This document shows positions 11,472 through 25,383 of a stretch of DNA of 64,000 bases, piece by piece. The position numbers and the translations under genes are program-made. Under the pieces are notes generated by a model. That model was given only the letters and a program-made list of their open reading frames with translations. It was not told the origin of the DNA and ran no database searches. Source of the DNA: Phoronis australis (Eukaryota; Animalia; Phoronida); NCBI GenBank assembly GCA_002633005.1, contig NMRA01000268.1, forward strand, positions 254,585 to 318,584. Direction: 5' to 3'. Positions within the stretch are counted from its first letter, which is position 1. Each line of letters opens with the position of its first letter.

Positions 11472-12885
11472 CTGTAGTCGTCCGGTTACCGCCCATGCTT
11501 GGCTTAGCGCCCACCCCCGAAATTTTCAATTTTTCATTTTTAAGCGCCGATGCTCGGCTTACCATCCGCCCCCAATTTTTTATAATCGAGACCTCCTTAA
11601 GTGTGTGCTTTTATGAGCCTCCGTCTCACAAAACTAAAATTGCAAAATGTGCGCAACTTGTTTACCTTTCTGTGACAATCAATCAGTTTTAGCAGAACCC
11701 GGAACTTGCCTTACTATGGCGGTAAAATACCCGTATTCTCATGCTCTTTACTAAAGGAGACACAATTTGGTCCCTTTGGCTCACGCGCGGAGCTCGTGTC
11801 AGCACGTACTGATCACTGAGACAGCACTTGTCGAATGTATTTCATTGCCGTGGAAGAACCAACAAAGCGGTACTTGACAAGAATTTCAAGTCTGTGCCCT
11901 ACCTTTCTAGATTCCCCGTGACAGTACACGAAACATCACCCTGAGCAATGAAAAAAAAAACACGAGCACACTTGGTTGGTACATGACCACCGACATCATT
12001 TTGAATACAAGCAGATACAGGCCATTGTTCATTAAACGCACGCTTTTAATGACTCACTCCTGACACCAAAATGGAAGCGCTCAACCAAAAGCAACAGCGC
12101 AAGAAACCAACTTGTAATTAAGCACAAGTCGAACATTCTATCCACATCTATGTGGTCAAAAACTTATTTTTTTGAACTCTTGATTTGCCTGTTGACTTTA
12201 TACATGATGTGTTTTTGCTTTTTTTACATGTGTTTTGCTTCATTATTTTTGCAGCCGACTGACCACCCCTATTGCGTATTAGTAGTATCCTCTGTGCTTT
12301 GAACAAATGCTGGGTCAGTTTTTTCTGCACAGAAAGAAATATACAATGTATATAAAATGTTACATTGTTCAAACTAGGTTCAAAGTAGTTAGAAGAAGGA
12401 CCGGCTGACCCCTGTTAATCATTAGCACGTTTGGTGGCCAAAGTAACTAATGGCAGCATATCTTCACAAAATCACCTGCTTCCCATAGCAATACATGCCG
12501 ATCTAGCGTAGTCTTGCGTGATCTTACTTTTCTCTCAAGAAACTTGCCCTACTGAAGGCACGTCTGTCTGTAAGAACACCTTCCAAGACATGACGAGCAG
12601 CGACCGAGGTACGTAGAAACCCAATCACGCTCGGGATGACGGCGCCACTGTATCGTGTGCGCTATTCCACTTCATCCTATCGAAGTCCGTTACTTCAGTC
12701 TGCCAACATATATTTTAACTAACGTGCTTGAAGTCTGAAGTCAGTGTAGCTAAAATCGGTCCTTTGTGCAGTAAGCATCCACTCCAGACTTCAAAAATTT
12801 CCATTTTAACCGCCCATACTCGGCTTACCGCCCACCCCCTGATTCCCAATTTAAGCGCCCTGGGCGGTAACCCGCACAAGTACGG
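11472..12885. mobile_element. TA-flanked non-autonomous Tc1/mariner-pogo-like element
   Basis: TA|CTGTAGTCGTCCGGTTACCGCCCA ... TGGGCGGTAACCCGCACAAGTACGG|TA, with repeated subterminal (ggctta)ccgcccaccccc motifs at both ends. Confidence 0.7.
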
Positions 12886-15800
12886 TACACCACAATAGCT
12901 TGCTGACTGAATACTGCTTAGCTTTGCAGTGCTATGCACAAACTGTTTTAACTAATTGCTGTGCCGAGTTTAAATTTTGCCCTGAGGAGTTTGTCTCACT
13001 TGCATTGTTTGAATACCAATGCGAGTATGAAATGTTGGCAGATTTGTCATTCCTGAAACAAATTGGCATATTTTGGAATTCTAATACCAGTTCAAGGCTT
13101 TTATTCCAAAATCTAACTCCCAAACTCCCATTACTAAGCATGTCGACTTCCAGAAACGTGCATAAATTTTGTAATTCCAGTCGAGTTTTGAATTTTTTGT
13201 TCTGGAGAACACTGCTTTATATGTAAACTCATACCAAGTGACATGAGCTTTTCAATCTACCTTTCACCCCTTTTGTTAGTTTGTTTTTCAGTTATCAGGT
13301 AACATGTGGGAAAATCCATTTTTCTATAGGGGTGCTAATTTGCTTTACCTTTTTGTGGTTATTATTAAGTGACATATGTGTTACGAGTGTCAGGGCTAGG
13401 AATTTTCCTCCTATTTGGTTTCAATTTCCCCTTACTTGATTTCTAGTTTCCTCTTTTCTCATCTCTTTTTTGTTATTATTTTAACTTTGTTCTTGCAAAA
13501 ACGTTTATTTCAATTAAATTTTATAACACAAAAAATATTTATATCACACAAGCATATTTAGTTGTGGAATGACATATCACCTGGAAAATTTTCTCCTTGT
13601 TTTTCATTGGTCATTCCAAGCCCTGTGGTGTTTAATGCTGTTATATCTAATGTAATTTCTTCTGTTGTGTTAGATAATGAATATCTGATATGTTCTGGCA
13701 ACAGATATGCCTGGGGAAGTGATGATCTTCCATTGTTTGTTTGTTGTGGATCATTTTTTGCAGTATTCACATCGAAATGGTTTTCATGGTTTTTGCTTTT
13801 ATTTAGTAGAAATGGGCACTTCATTGTAAAAATTGAGTTGTAATATGGGCTCATTAGGGTCAAGTATCAAAATGAAAAAATTTAGTCTGCTATTGGTGTT
13901 GGCACAGTCCATTTTTAACCTTGTCCAATGTGTTCCCAAACACCCCTCTGCCGAGGCAAATGTGGTAACCGAAAGAATAAAGCATAATATAATACTATTA
14001 TAAGTACTTTGACAGACTAATGGATGTGGTCTGAGGTACAGAAGCCTAAATAATTGTTGCTTCAAAGTACATATCACATTCTCACCTGTACTATATACTG
14101 GTTGTCTGGTGCTCCACATTGTGTCAAGGCACTGTAAAAGGACAGAAAGGGTGGGGAATTATATAATCCACTGATGGCCTATTAGTCCTCAATTCATACA
14201 GCACATGGATTAATTATTACACAATGTCTGCCTTGACCATGTAGTGCTGTGGCTACATTTACCAGATTAGTCCACTCGTAGACTGTAGGGGTGAACAGCT
14301 TTTTCTAAAGTTGGGAGTTCAGTGACCAGTTGCCTGAAACAACAATATGGACTCAACTAGTTACTGCGAATTTGTGGGGTTGTGTTGTGAAAACACTGAT
14401 TGTTGTTTTTATGCTGTTGAGTCTAACAACTAAGTAAATTTTTTACTTTGATACTTATCGCAAGTAAAGTCAACGTTGAATTCTCAATATTATTGAAAAT
14501 AAGTAGGAACCAGTTCATACAATGCCCCTAATTTAAGGACTTAGTACCTAATTTTTTTATCCCAATTAAGGGCCCAGTTTTTAATTACATTATTAGAAAT
14601 ATCATTAGTCAAAATACTATGTAAGTAAATAATAAAACAAACATACAAAAGATTTAGGGAACTTACTTGTGTCCCTATTTGGGCTGTTTCATGCAACCAG
14701 GCACAGGGGCATATTAACTGTTCTTGCTTAAATTTCCACAGATTTAGTCACAGCACTTTTCCTCCATTTACAGTACAATGCTTTTCTGGTAACCCTGAAA
14801 CAAAGTGTTCAGTCACAAATTTTTGCATTGTCAAAATCAAGCTTGACCTTTGCCCTAATTGTCCCACACAGCAAACTGAAAGTGCCAACTTGAAACTAGG
14901 CTAAATCAACTTGGGTGGGGTCAAACTACTTTACTGATTCCCAGGGGGGGGGGGGACATTATCATGTGTAATGGGGGGGGGGACCATAACTCAAGCTGTT
15001 AAAGATAGAATGCAAAGGGTTCCACATGGTTCTCAAAGATGTCTGCATTGGACTTGAATGATCCTTATATCACTCAATGAAATGAAAATCTGCCACTTAA
15101 AGGATTCTCGGGGATTCTGAGCTAAAGGTAGTCTGGCACTCCTAAGTTGTCATAATTTTTCAATGTTTCAGTGTTTTTGCCTGTAAAAAACTTTTCTGAT
15201 GCCATCGTGGGAAACATTGAATTAATTGAAGAACAGCCATAGTCTATGTTTCCTCGATTTCTTATTTAAAGATGTGACCATACACATTGGCCTTTGTTTA
15301 CAGTTTTGTTACATCTCCCATCTTAGGCATCAACCAATTATCATTGGTGTGGAATGTTGCACTTGATTTAGTAGGGTGTGTGTGTGTGTGTGTGCTTTCC
15401 CAGTATTTTGAATTCCCTTTAGTCCATGAATTGACACGTTTCTTTTCAGTATGTGTTGGAAATTTGATTAGACCACAAAAGTAAGGTGGGTTTTGTACAT
15501 CAGATTATATTTCCCTTTCAGTGTATGATTTGTTGAACCATTCTTAGCCATAGGATACCCCATTCCTGGTATTCCTAGATAGCTTATTGCTTATTATCTA
15601 GATTGACCAATGAGAAGTTGGCAATTAGTTTCATTGATAGGGAAGAGTCTATTTGTGAATGGTAGAAGTCGTAATGATTAGTAAATATTTCTTCTATTGT
15701 CCAAAAACCTGTGTTTACTAGTCAATGTCGCCAGTCTTGTATTTAATCTCTCCAATATAAATTGCTCATTAAGGAAATGTATTGATCCTTTCACGACACC

Positions 15801-18382
15801 ATCCCATGTGTGTGAAACCTGCACACCCCTGCACATTTAAAGTAAACACCCAGTTTGTGACCTCAGTCAGGGGCAATCCAGCAGCAAGACCCAGTTTCTG
15901 ACATCTCTCTCCTGGATTCCATAGCAACAATAGCACTGTGTTCCAGTTTATGAACCATACCACATCATTTAGTTCTACATAATAAACCTCCAGTCCAGTT
16001 TTTCACCCTAAGCCCTGACTATTGATCAATGAAACTCTCATTGGCCAGCTTCTTGTTGATGGTGTTATGAGTTTTTAACCTCATTCAAGTCACTTAGTTC
16101 TTTTCATCTGCATTTTGAGAAAATAGATGTTTTTATGAACCAGTGAGCACAGTTAATGACACTTGAATAAATGAGAACTTAAATGGCACTGTTGTAAAAT
16201 TTAATTAGATGTTAGATTAGATGTTGAAAGATTGAATGTCTTGGAAGTGATATTTGGGTTAGTAACAGCATACCAGGGTGGAGTTCTTCATGTGTCAGGT
16301 TCTTGTGGCTGTGTTACTTTGGTGTAATACCTTGAATTTGTTTTCTTCTTATCTCTTAACTTATGTATGGAATAGGCAACATTAAAATGATTGAAAATGG
16401 TTGAATACGTGGGACTTAAAGTAAGGTTTTATCCAGCTGCGTGTAATAACGAGATCTGACTGCGTATGTACCGTAGATTATCAATCTTGGTACACAGTGG
16501 CACTTAAACACAGCAAGGGTTACTCATAACTTACAGTCAGGGCCAAAATAGCTGTGAAACAAGAAAATTGATTCAGAATTTGATGCAGCAATGCAGGAAA
16601 TGTTACCTTTTCTTGATATGGAAAAGGTGAAAGGAAATGCTTAAATTTAAGTGTAGTTATTCAATAATTCTTGCATAAGACATTTGTCAGTTGTAGTTAT
16701 CAGTGTGTGAATTTAAGCTAGCTTCACATAAATATGCTACATAATTTTCTTTGGGTAGTAACTATTCTTCTTCAGTGCACATGTGAAGCTGGCCTTTCTA
16801 AATCTGTATGTGGAAGCTGCAAGGCTTACAGCACAAAAGATTTTTTTGTATGCAGAATTGATATATCCAAAGAGAGTGTGCTGTTGAAAAAGTAAAACTG
16901 TCTTACCCTAAGCTATGGTTCCTGAAGTGCCACTGCCATTGTCGTCAGCATTTAGTTTAAAAGGTCCGAAGGTTGTGATCACTGACCTTGACAAGGTGTG
17001 TTGAGATGGTGGGGGGGGGGGGNNGGTACTCTACTGTAGTTTAATGCAGTTGCAGCTGGTAAGTTAGCATACATACCCATTTAGACTGCAGGTTTTTATG
17101 CCAATGAAACAATACACGAACAGTTGCCATAACCGTCGTTGCAACCGATGTTTTAAAAATTTAGACAAAATTAAAAATCCTGTAGATTTTTGCAGTTTGC
17201 TGCCTGTTGATTTTGGGTAAAAATTCTTCAGTTTCTGGCACAACATAAGTAGCTCTTTAAAGTAGAAAAAATATTCTAAATGGAAGAATTTTTACTTTAG
17301 TCATTGACCTTCTGAGAGTGGATCATCTTCATTACTGTATTGATATTGGTTACGGTGAAGAGAACATTATCGTACAAATGAGAGTGGTTGTGAGGTTACT
17401 GATGGTGTCACCTGAGTTCATGGCATCATCACGATAATGTTATTAATAATTAATCACACATATGTAACAAATTGATACCAGCCCCTGTTGGCACTGACTG
17501 ACACTACACAGTGCAGTATAGTACATGGATCAGCAGCAGTGGCTATGGGATACAGATAACTATCAGAATTATAATTGAACCGTCACGGAGGTCATCTAAT
17601 TTACATATTTTTTGCTATAAATACAGCAAAAAGTGATGGAACTCATAATCCCAGTAGACTCGTATCTCAATGCAAAAGTTTTCCTGTTAAAAATTTGCTT
17701 GCAAAAAATTTTGGGATGATTTCCAGCTGTTTCACGTTGGAATGGTGTCATTGACTTAAAAAATTGGTGTCCGTGAAAAGTAGTTCTCAGTGTGACCTCA
17801 AAAATGAGAGGAGTAAGTAAGCAGACTCCAAGTAAGCATTGTAAAGTCTGAGTGAAAACATCTTCGACTGCAGTGCTGTTCCCACGTGAAAATTGGTTGA
17901 AATATTCTTAGTGTTTTTCAAGCTAATTGTTACTGGGAAAAATGTTTGCGTTAGGACATAGCTTTGCTGGTATTGGGATATTCAATTAAATAAGTGATGT
18001 TATCAGTCTCATAGATGTATGATGGGGATTTCCAAAGCCTGTCGACGGCTACAGAGCTTGCTGGAGATTCTGGATTGCTTGGGTACACAAGAGATTAATG
18101 TAAATAGTTCCTTTAAAAATATTCTTGCAAAATTTCGGAGATTCATAAGAATGCTACTTGTGCTGTATCTGAGGTCCATAACTGACAGTCTCCAGCTAGC
18201 TGTCTTTGATATAAAAGGCACTGTTCTGTAGCATCTAAAGTTTCTGTCTACGTTGTTTGACCATGTGTGCTAAGAAATATTTGGTTTGGTTATACAATAA
18301 CTTTTAAACAGTAATTTCATGCAATGGTGAATGCCTGAGGTAATATCCAAAATTTGTTGATGTCAGTGTGTCGTTGTTGCAG

Positions 18383-18488
18383 GCCCTACGTGTGTCCATG
18401 GAAGAGCAGAGGGCTCGCCAGGAAGCTGAAGCCAGGAAAGTTGCAGAGGAAAGTACCAAGGATGGCACTGCGCTGCCCCCTACTGCAG
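18383..18488 (+). CDS. PSMD4: 26S proteasome non-ATPase regulatory subunit 4 (Rpn10/S5a), exon with the end of UIM1
   Basis: ag|ALRVSMEEQRARQEAEARKVAEESTKDGTALPPTA G|gt. The upstream VWA-domain exons were not found in the window. Confidence 0.95.
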
Positions 18489-19263
18489 GTATGATGTGAA
18501 TTCTTACAATATAATGGGCAAGTGAACTTCATTTTGTCAAATTTTTCAATAGAAAACTTACAAGAATATTTTACATGCTCGGTAGAGTGGCTTGTTGTGT
18601 ACACCTGTTATCAAACAATATTTAGATAGTTTGCTATGTTTACCAACAATTGACAATGATCCTAACCTGGTGGTGCATAAACAGTGAACGTTTATATTGT
18701 CACTCATGGGTAAGTTTTGTAACAACAGTAAATGTGGAACACTGCAAATTCCCTTGAAATCTTTGAATTAGCTAATTGGTACAAAAGAGCCAGCAGATGT
18801 GTGAAAAGCAGACTGGTGGGTCCATGCCTGCCACTGCTAGCACTATGATGGTATGCAGGTAATGCGTACCTTGGAACCATGCCTGTCACTGCTAACACTG
18901 TGATGGTATGCTGGTGATGAGTACCTTGTGCCTGTGAATAGGGTTCTCATAGCAATGTTTGTTGTCAACACCACCACCTTTTGAATTGAACCTCTGACCG
19001 ACTGGTCTTAATTTGCTTCTTACCTTAGTAAAAAGTAAAATGAGTTTAGAAAGAATTGGGAGGACATTCTTGCTTATGACTGAACTCAATCTGCTACCAT
19101 TGTTCGCATTGGTCACTGCATTTTTGCACTAAAAGCTATATGACTGTAAACATTGTGAACTAAGTTCCGTGCCTGAACACTAAGTAAAGTTTGCTGCTTC
19201 GTGATCCTGGGTAGGTATGTGGCTTTATCTTTAACTTGCATTTGTTTTTGTCGTGATCTACAG

Positions 19264-19398
19264 AGACTAATGAAGAGCAGCTTCTTGAGCAAGCCATGGC
19301 CATGTCAGGGACACCTAGTGGCCAGGATGTGGACTACTCTCTGTTGACTGAGGAACAACAGCTGGCTTTGGCCATGCAGATGTCACTTGCACCTCAGG
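19264..19398 (+). CDS. PSMD4: PSMD4 exon (UIM2)
   Basis: cag|(E)TNEEQLLEQAMAMSGTPSGQDVDYSLLTEEQQLALAMQMSLAPQ|gt, 135 bp, phase 1-1. Confidence 0.95.
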
Positions 19399-20152
19399 GT
19401 AATAAGGCCGGCTGTGGTGATATCCTACCACCCAAAAAATCTCATACACATTTTAAATATTTACTACTATTGTGTTTGTTTTATAGATTTGTTTTCATAA
19501 CTAACCAGAAGATAGTAACTTGGGCTGAGTTCCCTAGATGCAAGAATCTCACGAGTAAAGCCAGCGTGCTTTGCTCATAATGCTTGACAATATCTCAGGA
19601 AGGCTTGTCGAGTGATCTTTTGCTTTCTTGAGTGTTAGTACATCTATGGAATGGGGAGTTGAGCAGATGTAACTTGCCTACAAAATTTGCTTATGCAAGA
19701 TAAAAAATTATTGTCAGAGCCAAAAATAGGAAGATTGAGTTAATTAAAGGAACTCCAGATAATATGTTTTTGTAAGCACTGTCTTTGTGTTTTAGGTCAG
19801 TGCTTGCCTCTGAGCAGGCGCAATAAGTCTTCAGGTGTGTTCCATAGTTTTTTGCTAGAAAAGCGAGATCACACAGGGCCATGCAATTTCATTTTAGAAA
19901 CACCTTACGTGTGTACACTAGCTAAATGGATTGCAAAGTTGTTGAGTTATGGGATAACATTCCTGGTTTCTGTTCCATAGCTGTCTCGTGTGTGGGGAAG
20001 GCACCCGTGGATTACTTGTTATAGTCTTAACAAAAGTGTATCGGGAAGCTGGTTCCTGCCATTTATGATAGCATGTGATTTGCTATCAATAGTGAGCTTC
20101 ACACATGGCCTGTGTGAAGATGTAACTAACATGCGAGTGTTTTCTTCTTCAG

Positions 20153-20199
20153 AGGAAGAGTCACCTGCCCCTATGGAGACAGACGAGTCTACTGACAAG
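20153..20199 (+). CDS. PSMD4: PSMD4 exon
   Basis: ttcag|(E)EESPAPMETDESTDK|gtaagg; phase-consistent (1-0). Confidence 0.9.
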
Positions 20200-20723
20200 G
20201 TAAGGCATTAGGAGGATAAGGGTCATGAAAAGGTGAATTGGGTCTCTACAGGAACTCTGAGACAATATTCAGTGTTCGGATTGCCTACATGTAAGGCTGT
20301 CAGCTGAACTATCGTTCCCATGAATGTAACAACCAAGGGTTATAGCCCCATATACAGTTTTTTGTACCAAATTTAATGAAGATTGTTTTTGCATTTTTGT
20401 TGACTTTTTATGTTTATCAACTTCTGTGTTCTGCATGTAACAAAAGGAAATTTTTGGTCATGTGGTCAGGTTTTTTTTTTACTGTTGTATGACATTTACT
20501 AAGCACAGTTGTATTGAGACATGGTCTTAATGACAGTTATATGCCATATCCATTCCCATAAGTGTCCATAATCAGAGTTGGATGTTTCACCAGGTACAAC
20601 AAAAATACAGACGTTCAAATGTGAAATTTTGATAATCCATTGACCAGTGTTTAGCTGTATGTATACTGTACTACGTAAATGTGGTCATTTCCTTTAGTGC
20701 ATGTGACATTATTTTTGTCTCAG

Positions 20724-20891
20724 GTTGATGAGGATTACTCTGAAGTGTTGACAGACCCCGCCTTCTTGGAGAGTGTTCTATCCAACCTGCCGGGCGTGGA
20801 CCCCCAGAGTGATGCCATACGCAATGCCATGGGGTCACTGGCACGTAAGGACGACGATAAACAGGGAAAAAAGGAGGGTGACAAGAAGTAA
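20724..20891 (+). CDS. PSMD4: PSMD4 terminal exon
   Basis: ctcag|[55 protein letters not shown], the conserved C-terminal DPxFLxSVLxNLPGVDP region. Confidence 0.96.
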   Translation, partial: VDEDYSEVLTDPAFLESVLSNLPGVDPQSDAIRNAMGSLARKDDDKQGKKEGDKK

Positions 20892-21114
20892 AAGGGAGCG
20901 CCGTATGACCAGAGCCAAGGACATACAGATGGACACGATTGTTCTTTTTGTCTCATTAGTTTCCTTCAGTTAAAATTTGCTCATTTCAATTCTGTTTACT
21001 GTTCTTTGAAGTAGCACAGTAAAGCAGCTATCGGATGAGAGTGCTTGGAAAAAAATGTGAACGTTTTGAGGAATTGTGGTTCTCTGTCAAGTTAAATATG
21101 AACTCATTGTTGTG

Positions 21115-21168
21115 AATAAATGAAAGGTTAAAGAAAAAATGTAATTATGATGAAATCAATGATTTATT
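21115..21168. terminator. Opposed polyadenylation signals (PSMD4 AATAAA on +; candidate PANK AATAAA on -)
   Basis: AATAAA at 21115-21120 (+) and TTTATT at 21163-21168. Confidence 0.55.
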
Positions 21169-23058
21169 TGAATTATGTCATGAAATGAGGCACACACACC
21201 AATCATTTCTTAATTTACAAACATTTGTGAAGCATTGCACACCTAAGAGATATCCCAATATTATTCAACCAACTGATAAACAAATATAACTAAAATTTTC
21301 CCTCTAGTTCTAAAACAATTGTATAAATCATACTTCATGTAGTACAAATTTGATAATAATTAATTTGAAACCATGTATAAATGTAATCCTGCAACCAAAC
21401 ACTTAATTTTTTGTAACTGAAGATGGAAATGCAACGTTAAGTGCAGAAGTATTGAACCTGGACAGGATGATGACTTGTGAAAGTGCCTGGATGTAGTCCA
21501 GTGCTAACAATGAATGCGTACTAAATAATGACACAAGTTATGTTGTACCCAGCACTGATGCACACACATGTCCTAAGTCCAAAACTTGAGATTAAAAAAA
21601 ATAAATTCAAATTAAAGATGGACTTTTTAGGGACAATATTAATGTTTCACAAATAGGTACCAGTAAATTGGCAAACCTAACTGATATATCAAGTCAAGTA
21701 TTCACTGCACCTAGTCGTGGATGGACTAAATCAAAATGTGCTTGTAACAGAAGGCATGCCAAGTTTAACAGTTCTGATGAAATGCCTTGCAATTTTCAAG
21801 TACTTCAAAGATCAAATTTACTCTTAACATAACAATAACACATTCAGCACCAACTTCCCATTGCCAAATTTGAATTAAAATTTTCTTTGTGATGAAGCCT
21901 TTCATAGCATTTAACAAACAACATAATTAACATTGTGAACTGTTTACATATATGCTAAAATCACACCAATTTATGACACCAATAATTGCCATTTCATTTT
22001 CAAATGGTTCTAACAGTTGTGAATACCCACAACTGAAGAAAACATTGTCTAGTCACAGGTATGACTTGAACATGGAAAATCACTTATTTTGGTCCTACAT
22101 ATATTTCATAAACAAAAATGAGAAAATGAAACTACTTGTCGGCCACACAGAGTCCTTAATTGGTAAGACTTTACGGTATCCCCCATATTGGCCGTATATT
22201 TCTAAACTACTTCGTTATCTTGAGTACAGTTGAGCACACAGTGAAACACTGTCATTATGCATATGGGTATGGATTATATACAAGAATGGTAACCAAGATA
22301 AAATTACAAAAAAAGACTACATTTCGGTACTGGACCAAACGTGTGCTGCTATGATCCAATGGAAAAATAAGGTTGACAATGTTGCAAAGTACAGGTTCCT
22401 ACTATCAAAAATAAAGTGTCAAGTATAATAAATATGTGTATCATAAATTACGTTTGTTACTCTCAGTAAAGATGTAATTTTTAATTGGGAGGATTAAATG
22501 CCAACACTCAACAATTCAACAAATACATGTACCGGTAGTTACATCTTTGGCAGTCTTGAATTTTTCACCAGATTATTTACAGGAATTAGGCAGCAGATCC
22601 TCAGAGAGACAACGCCATGGCTGTGTTATATCAGACCCTATTGGAATATGAGCAGAAAACTTGAGTTGCGAGAACCTATGACATCACCGGAATATTCATG
22701 TGCGTCAAAATCTCAGTAAAAGAAGACAAATTTCACTCCCCACAGTGTGAAGTGTGCATGCTGGGTAGAGTACCTTAAAATTCGATGTACTATATCCCAA
22801 TAAGGTCCCCATCAGTCAAATCAAACTGAGGTGTGATTTCTATAATAACGACCATATGTAATTGTATTACAAGGATATGACAACACTGAAAAAATAACAT
22901 GTCTTTAGCATACTAACCATAAACTCAAGCTGCTACAGACCCACCTTCATCTTTGTCTCAGAAAACTAAAGTTTTGATTTAAGCCATGTACCATTAAGAA
23001 AAAGTTTGAAAACGTTACCATGGTCTCAGTTCATTCCAAGTCCACAAAACACTTCCCA

Positions 23059-23323
23059 ATGGGAGACTGTCAAATAGCAACTTGGCGACTGGTTATGTGG
23101 GGCTGGATACCACCTCTACGAGAACGAGGAGGCATTTTATAAGTTTTGTCTCAAACACATTCCATGTAATCACATACACTGTAAAAAAGTCTTTTCATGA
23201 AGTCAACCTCTTCCCCTATGCCACCCACTGCAAAGACAAAGCAACTTCTGGTTCAACTAGGTGGGCGATATGAGTCACCGGTCTCACGTGATCAACCCCC
23301 AATGCTTCTTGAAAGTTTCCCAT
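23059..23323. mobile_element. ~265-bp MITE (AT-flanked, GGGAG termini; ISL2EU/Harbinger-like), copy A
   Basis: AT|GGGAGACTGTCAAATAGCA ... TGCTTCTTGAAAGTTTCCC|AT. A colinear diverged copy lies at 26932-27192. Confidence 0.65.
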
Positions 23324-24588
23324 TGTCAGAGTAAAGAACCAGCTGGGATCAGTTTTATTGTGGGTAAATGACCTAAATCAAAAGATATTTTCTGTGACAG
23401 AGAGCATGTTCATAGTAGCCCATCAATACAGAACTCATACTGAACAAACCAATGTGGGAATTTTTCCTGCAAACTTTAACAATAGTCATATAAACGTGCA
23501 GAGTGAAAATACAAATACAAATGTCTTGTAGCCACAGCAAGGTGAGTACACCCAGTAGTAGCTCAGATGGTCCTTGCCTAATGTTGTTAGGAACTAGGCA
23601 GTGTTTTTTAGAAAAAGGACATTGCAACTGACATAAATTTCACTATAGTTTGGGTTTATACTTAAACTCTCAATACGTGTCAGCAAAAGTTTTGTGTGAT
23701 ATGATTAACAGAGCTATGACTGGGGCTGTGGTTCATAGACCTAAGACACTCGTGAGAAGAAATGCTCGTGTGATCAAGTGCTTCAGTTGTAACGCATCGT
23801 AGTATCTTGCAGTCTTGCATTTTTGAGTTTCTTGGGTCCACAGAACACAGCCTGGGTGTACAACCTATGGTTAAACAGTCCCCAAGTGAGTCGCTTTGTA
23901 TTCAGGGTTCATGGTACAGGATCTAATTAGTCAGATTATGAGTAATGACATCTGACGTCTGAATGGCACAAATGAAAAAAATGTTGCACACTAACTTGGT
24001 CAATAATATGCTATATCCAAAGTGAACATGGCAATTTACAGTCAATCAGAGGAAAGAAGTATCAGTGGCCGTGTAACATAACATGAACTTGCTTCAGTTT
24101 ACCATTTAACAGCTTTGTCATGGAATGGTTTAAAAAATTTAAACCCTTGTCTGGAACCTATGACCCTCCTACCAGCCAACAGCGACAAACTACTGACCAA
24201 GTACGCATACTTAGAAAACCCTAAGAGCTTAATCTGCATTCCAGTAAAATCCTGCAGTCAAATATTAAAATCATCTTATTACAAGCAATGACTAGACAAT
24301 CATGAAAAATCATAGTGCTTTTTGCCAAACAAATTTTCCATTTACAAACTTAGGGGCCTTGACTGCAGTGGTTAATATATATCTCTTTGACAGACAAAGG
24401 AAAAACAAGGAATTGTGGGAAATTGCTTTCTTGGCAGCCACTTTTCAGTCACTGGGTGGCAAAAAAGTGGCATTTCCCATATTTCCTCATTGTAGGCGGA
24501 GGTAAGTGGAGGTGGAAAAAAGTCCACTAAACAATGAGAGTAGTTTGTTCTTGTGATAATACACCAGTAGCCTATCATGGCTGCCGGG

Positions 24589-24711
24589 TTACATTGATGG
24601 AGGGTCCTCTTGGACTTCTACATAGCCGTTCTTCTCCATTGGAGCAGGATTATGCAGGATGTGGGGAGTCGTCACTAATTCCATTAGGCATCCCATAGCA
24701 CCAAAGTAACC
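24589..24711 (-). CDS. PANK: Pantothenate kinase terminal exon
   Basis: tag|GYFGAMGCLMELVTTPHILHNPAPMEKNGYVEVQEDPPSM*. Confidence 0.93.
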   Translation of the reverse strand, partial: GYFGAMGCLMELVTTPHILHNPAPMEKNGYVEVQEDPPSM

Positions 24712-25257
24712 CTACAAGTGGACAGGGAAACTCAAGTAATTTCACACGCATACATCAATACGTTATAGTCAGTTCCTATGCATAGTAATGATCAGTCAAG
24801 CAGACAAACAGTAAATATGAGCTACCATTTCAAGATAAAACTATGAACAGAAAACATCGAGCAATTCAAACAGATTGATCTTACACAGGAAAATATTTTT
24901 CTCTAAAATCTAGCACACACGTGGCTGTTCCACTAAAGGTTCCACAATCTTTTTTGGCCAGAAGTCCGATTTACTCATGCAACAGCTTATTTGTTTCAAT
25001 GTCTCCTCAGAATTTTCAAGACATTCTAACAAAAATGCTTAAATTTGTGTATCAGTAAGATTAAAACTTATTCCTCTAGTCTGCACTGAAACAATGGCTA
25101 CGTCTTACGTTTTGGTGCAAGTCACTTTAAAAGATTCAAAAGCTGTGATTTCAGTGGAACATTTTGACAAGATTGAACCATTCACTATAAAACATACATT
25201 TTGCATATACCAACACTCTGTCCTTTCAGTTTCCAAATAACGATTATTTTCACTTAC

Positions 25258-25383
25258 TTCATGTTCCAGGAATAGTGCTTTAAGCGCCCCCTGTGACCAG
25301 TAATCCATGGCATATGACAGCGCTACCATTGATAGTCTGTTGACTCGTAAAAAGTTTCCAATAAAGACAACTCTTTCAATACT
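25258..25383 (-). CDS. PANK: Pantothenate kinase exon
   Basis: cag|[42 protein letters not shown]|gtaagt. Confidence 0.96.

Noticed and set aside
14943-14983. Poly-G tracts (also 17011-17022) as G-quadruplexes
   Set aside because: Simple homopolymers of uncertain length, common in such genomes; no further support.
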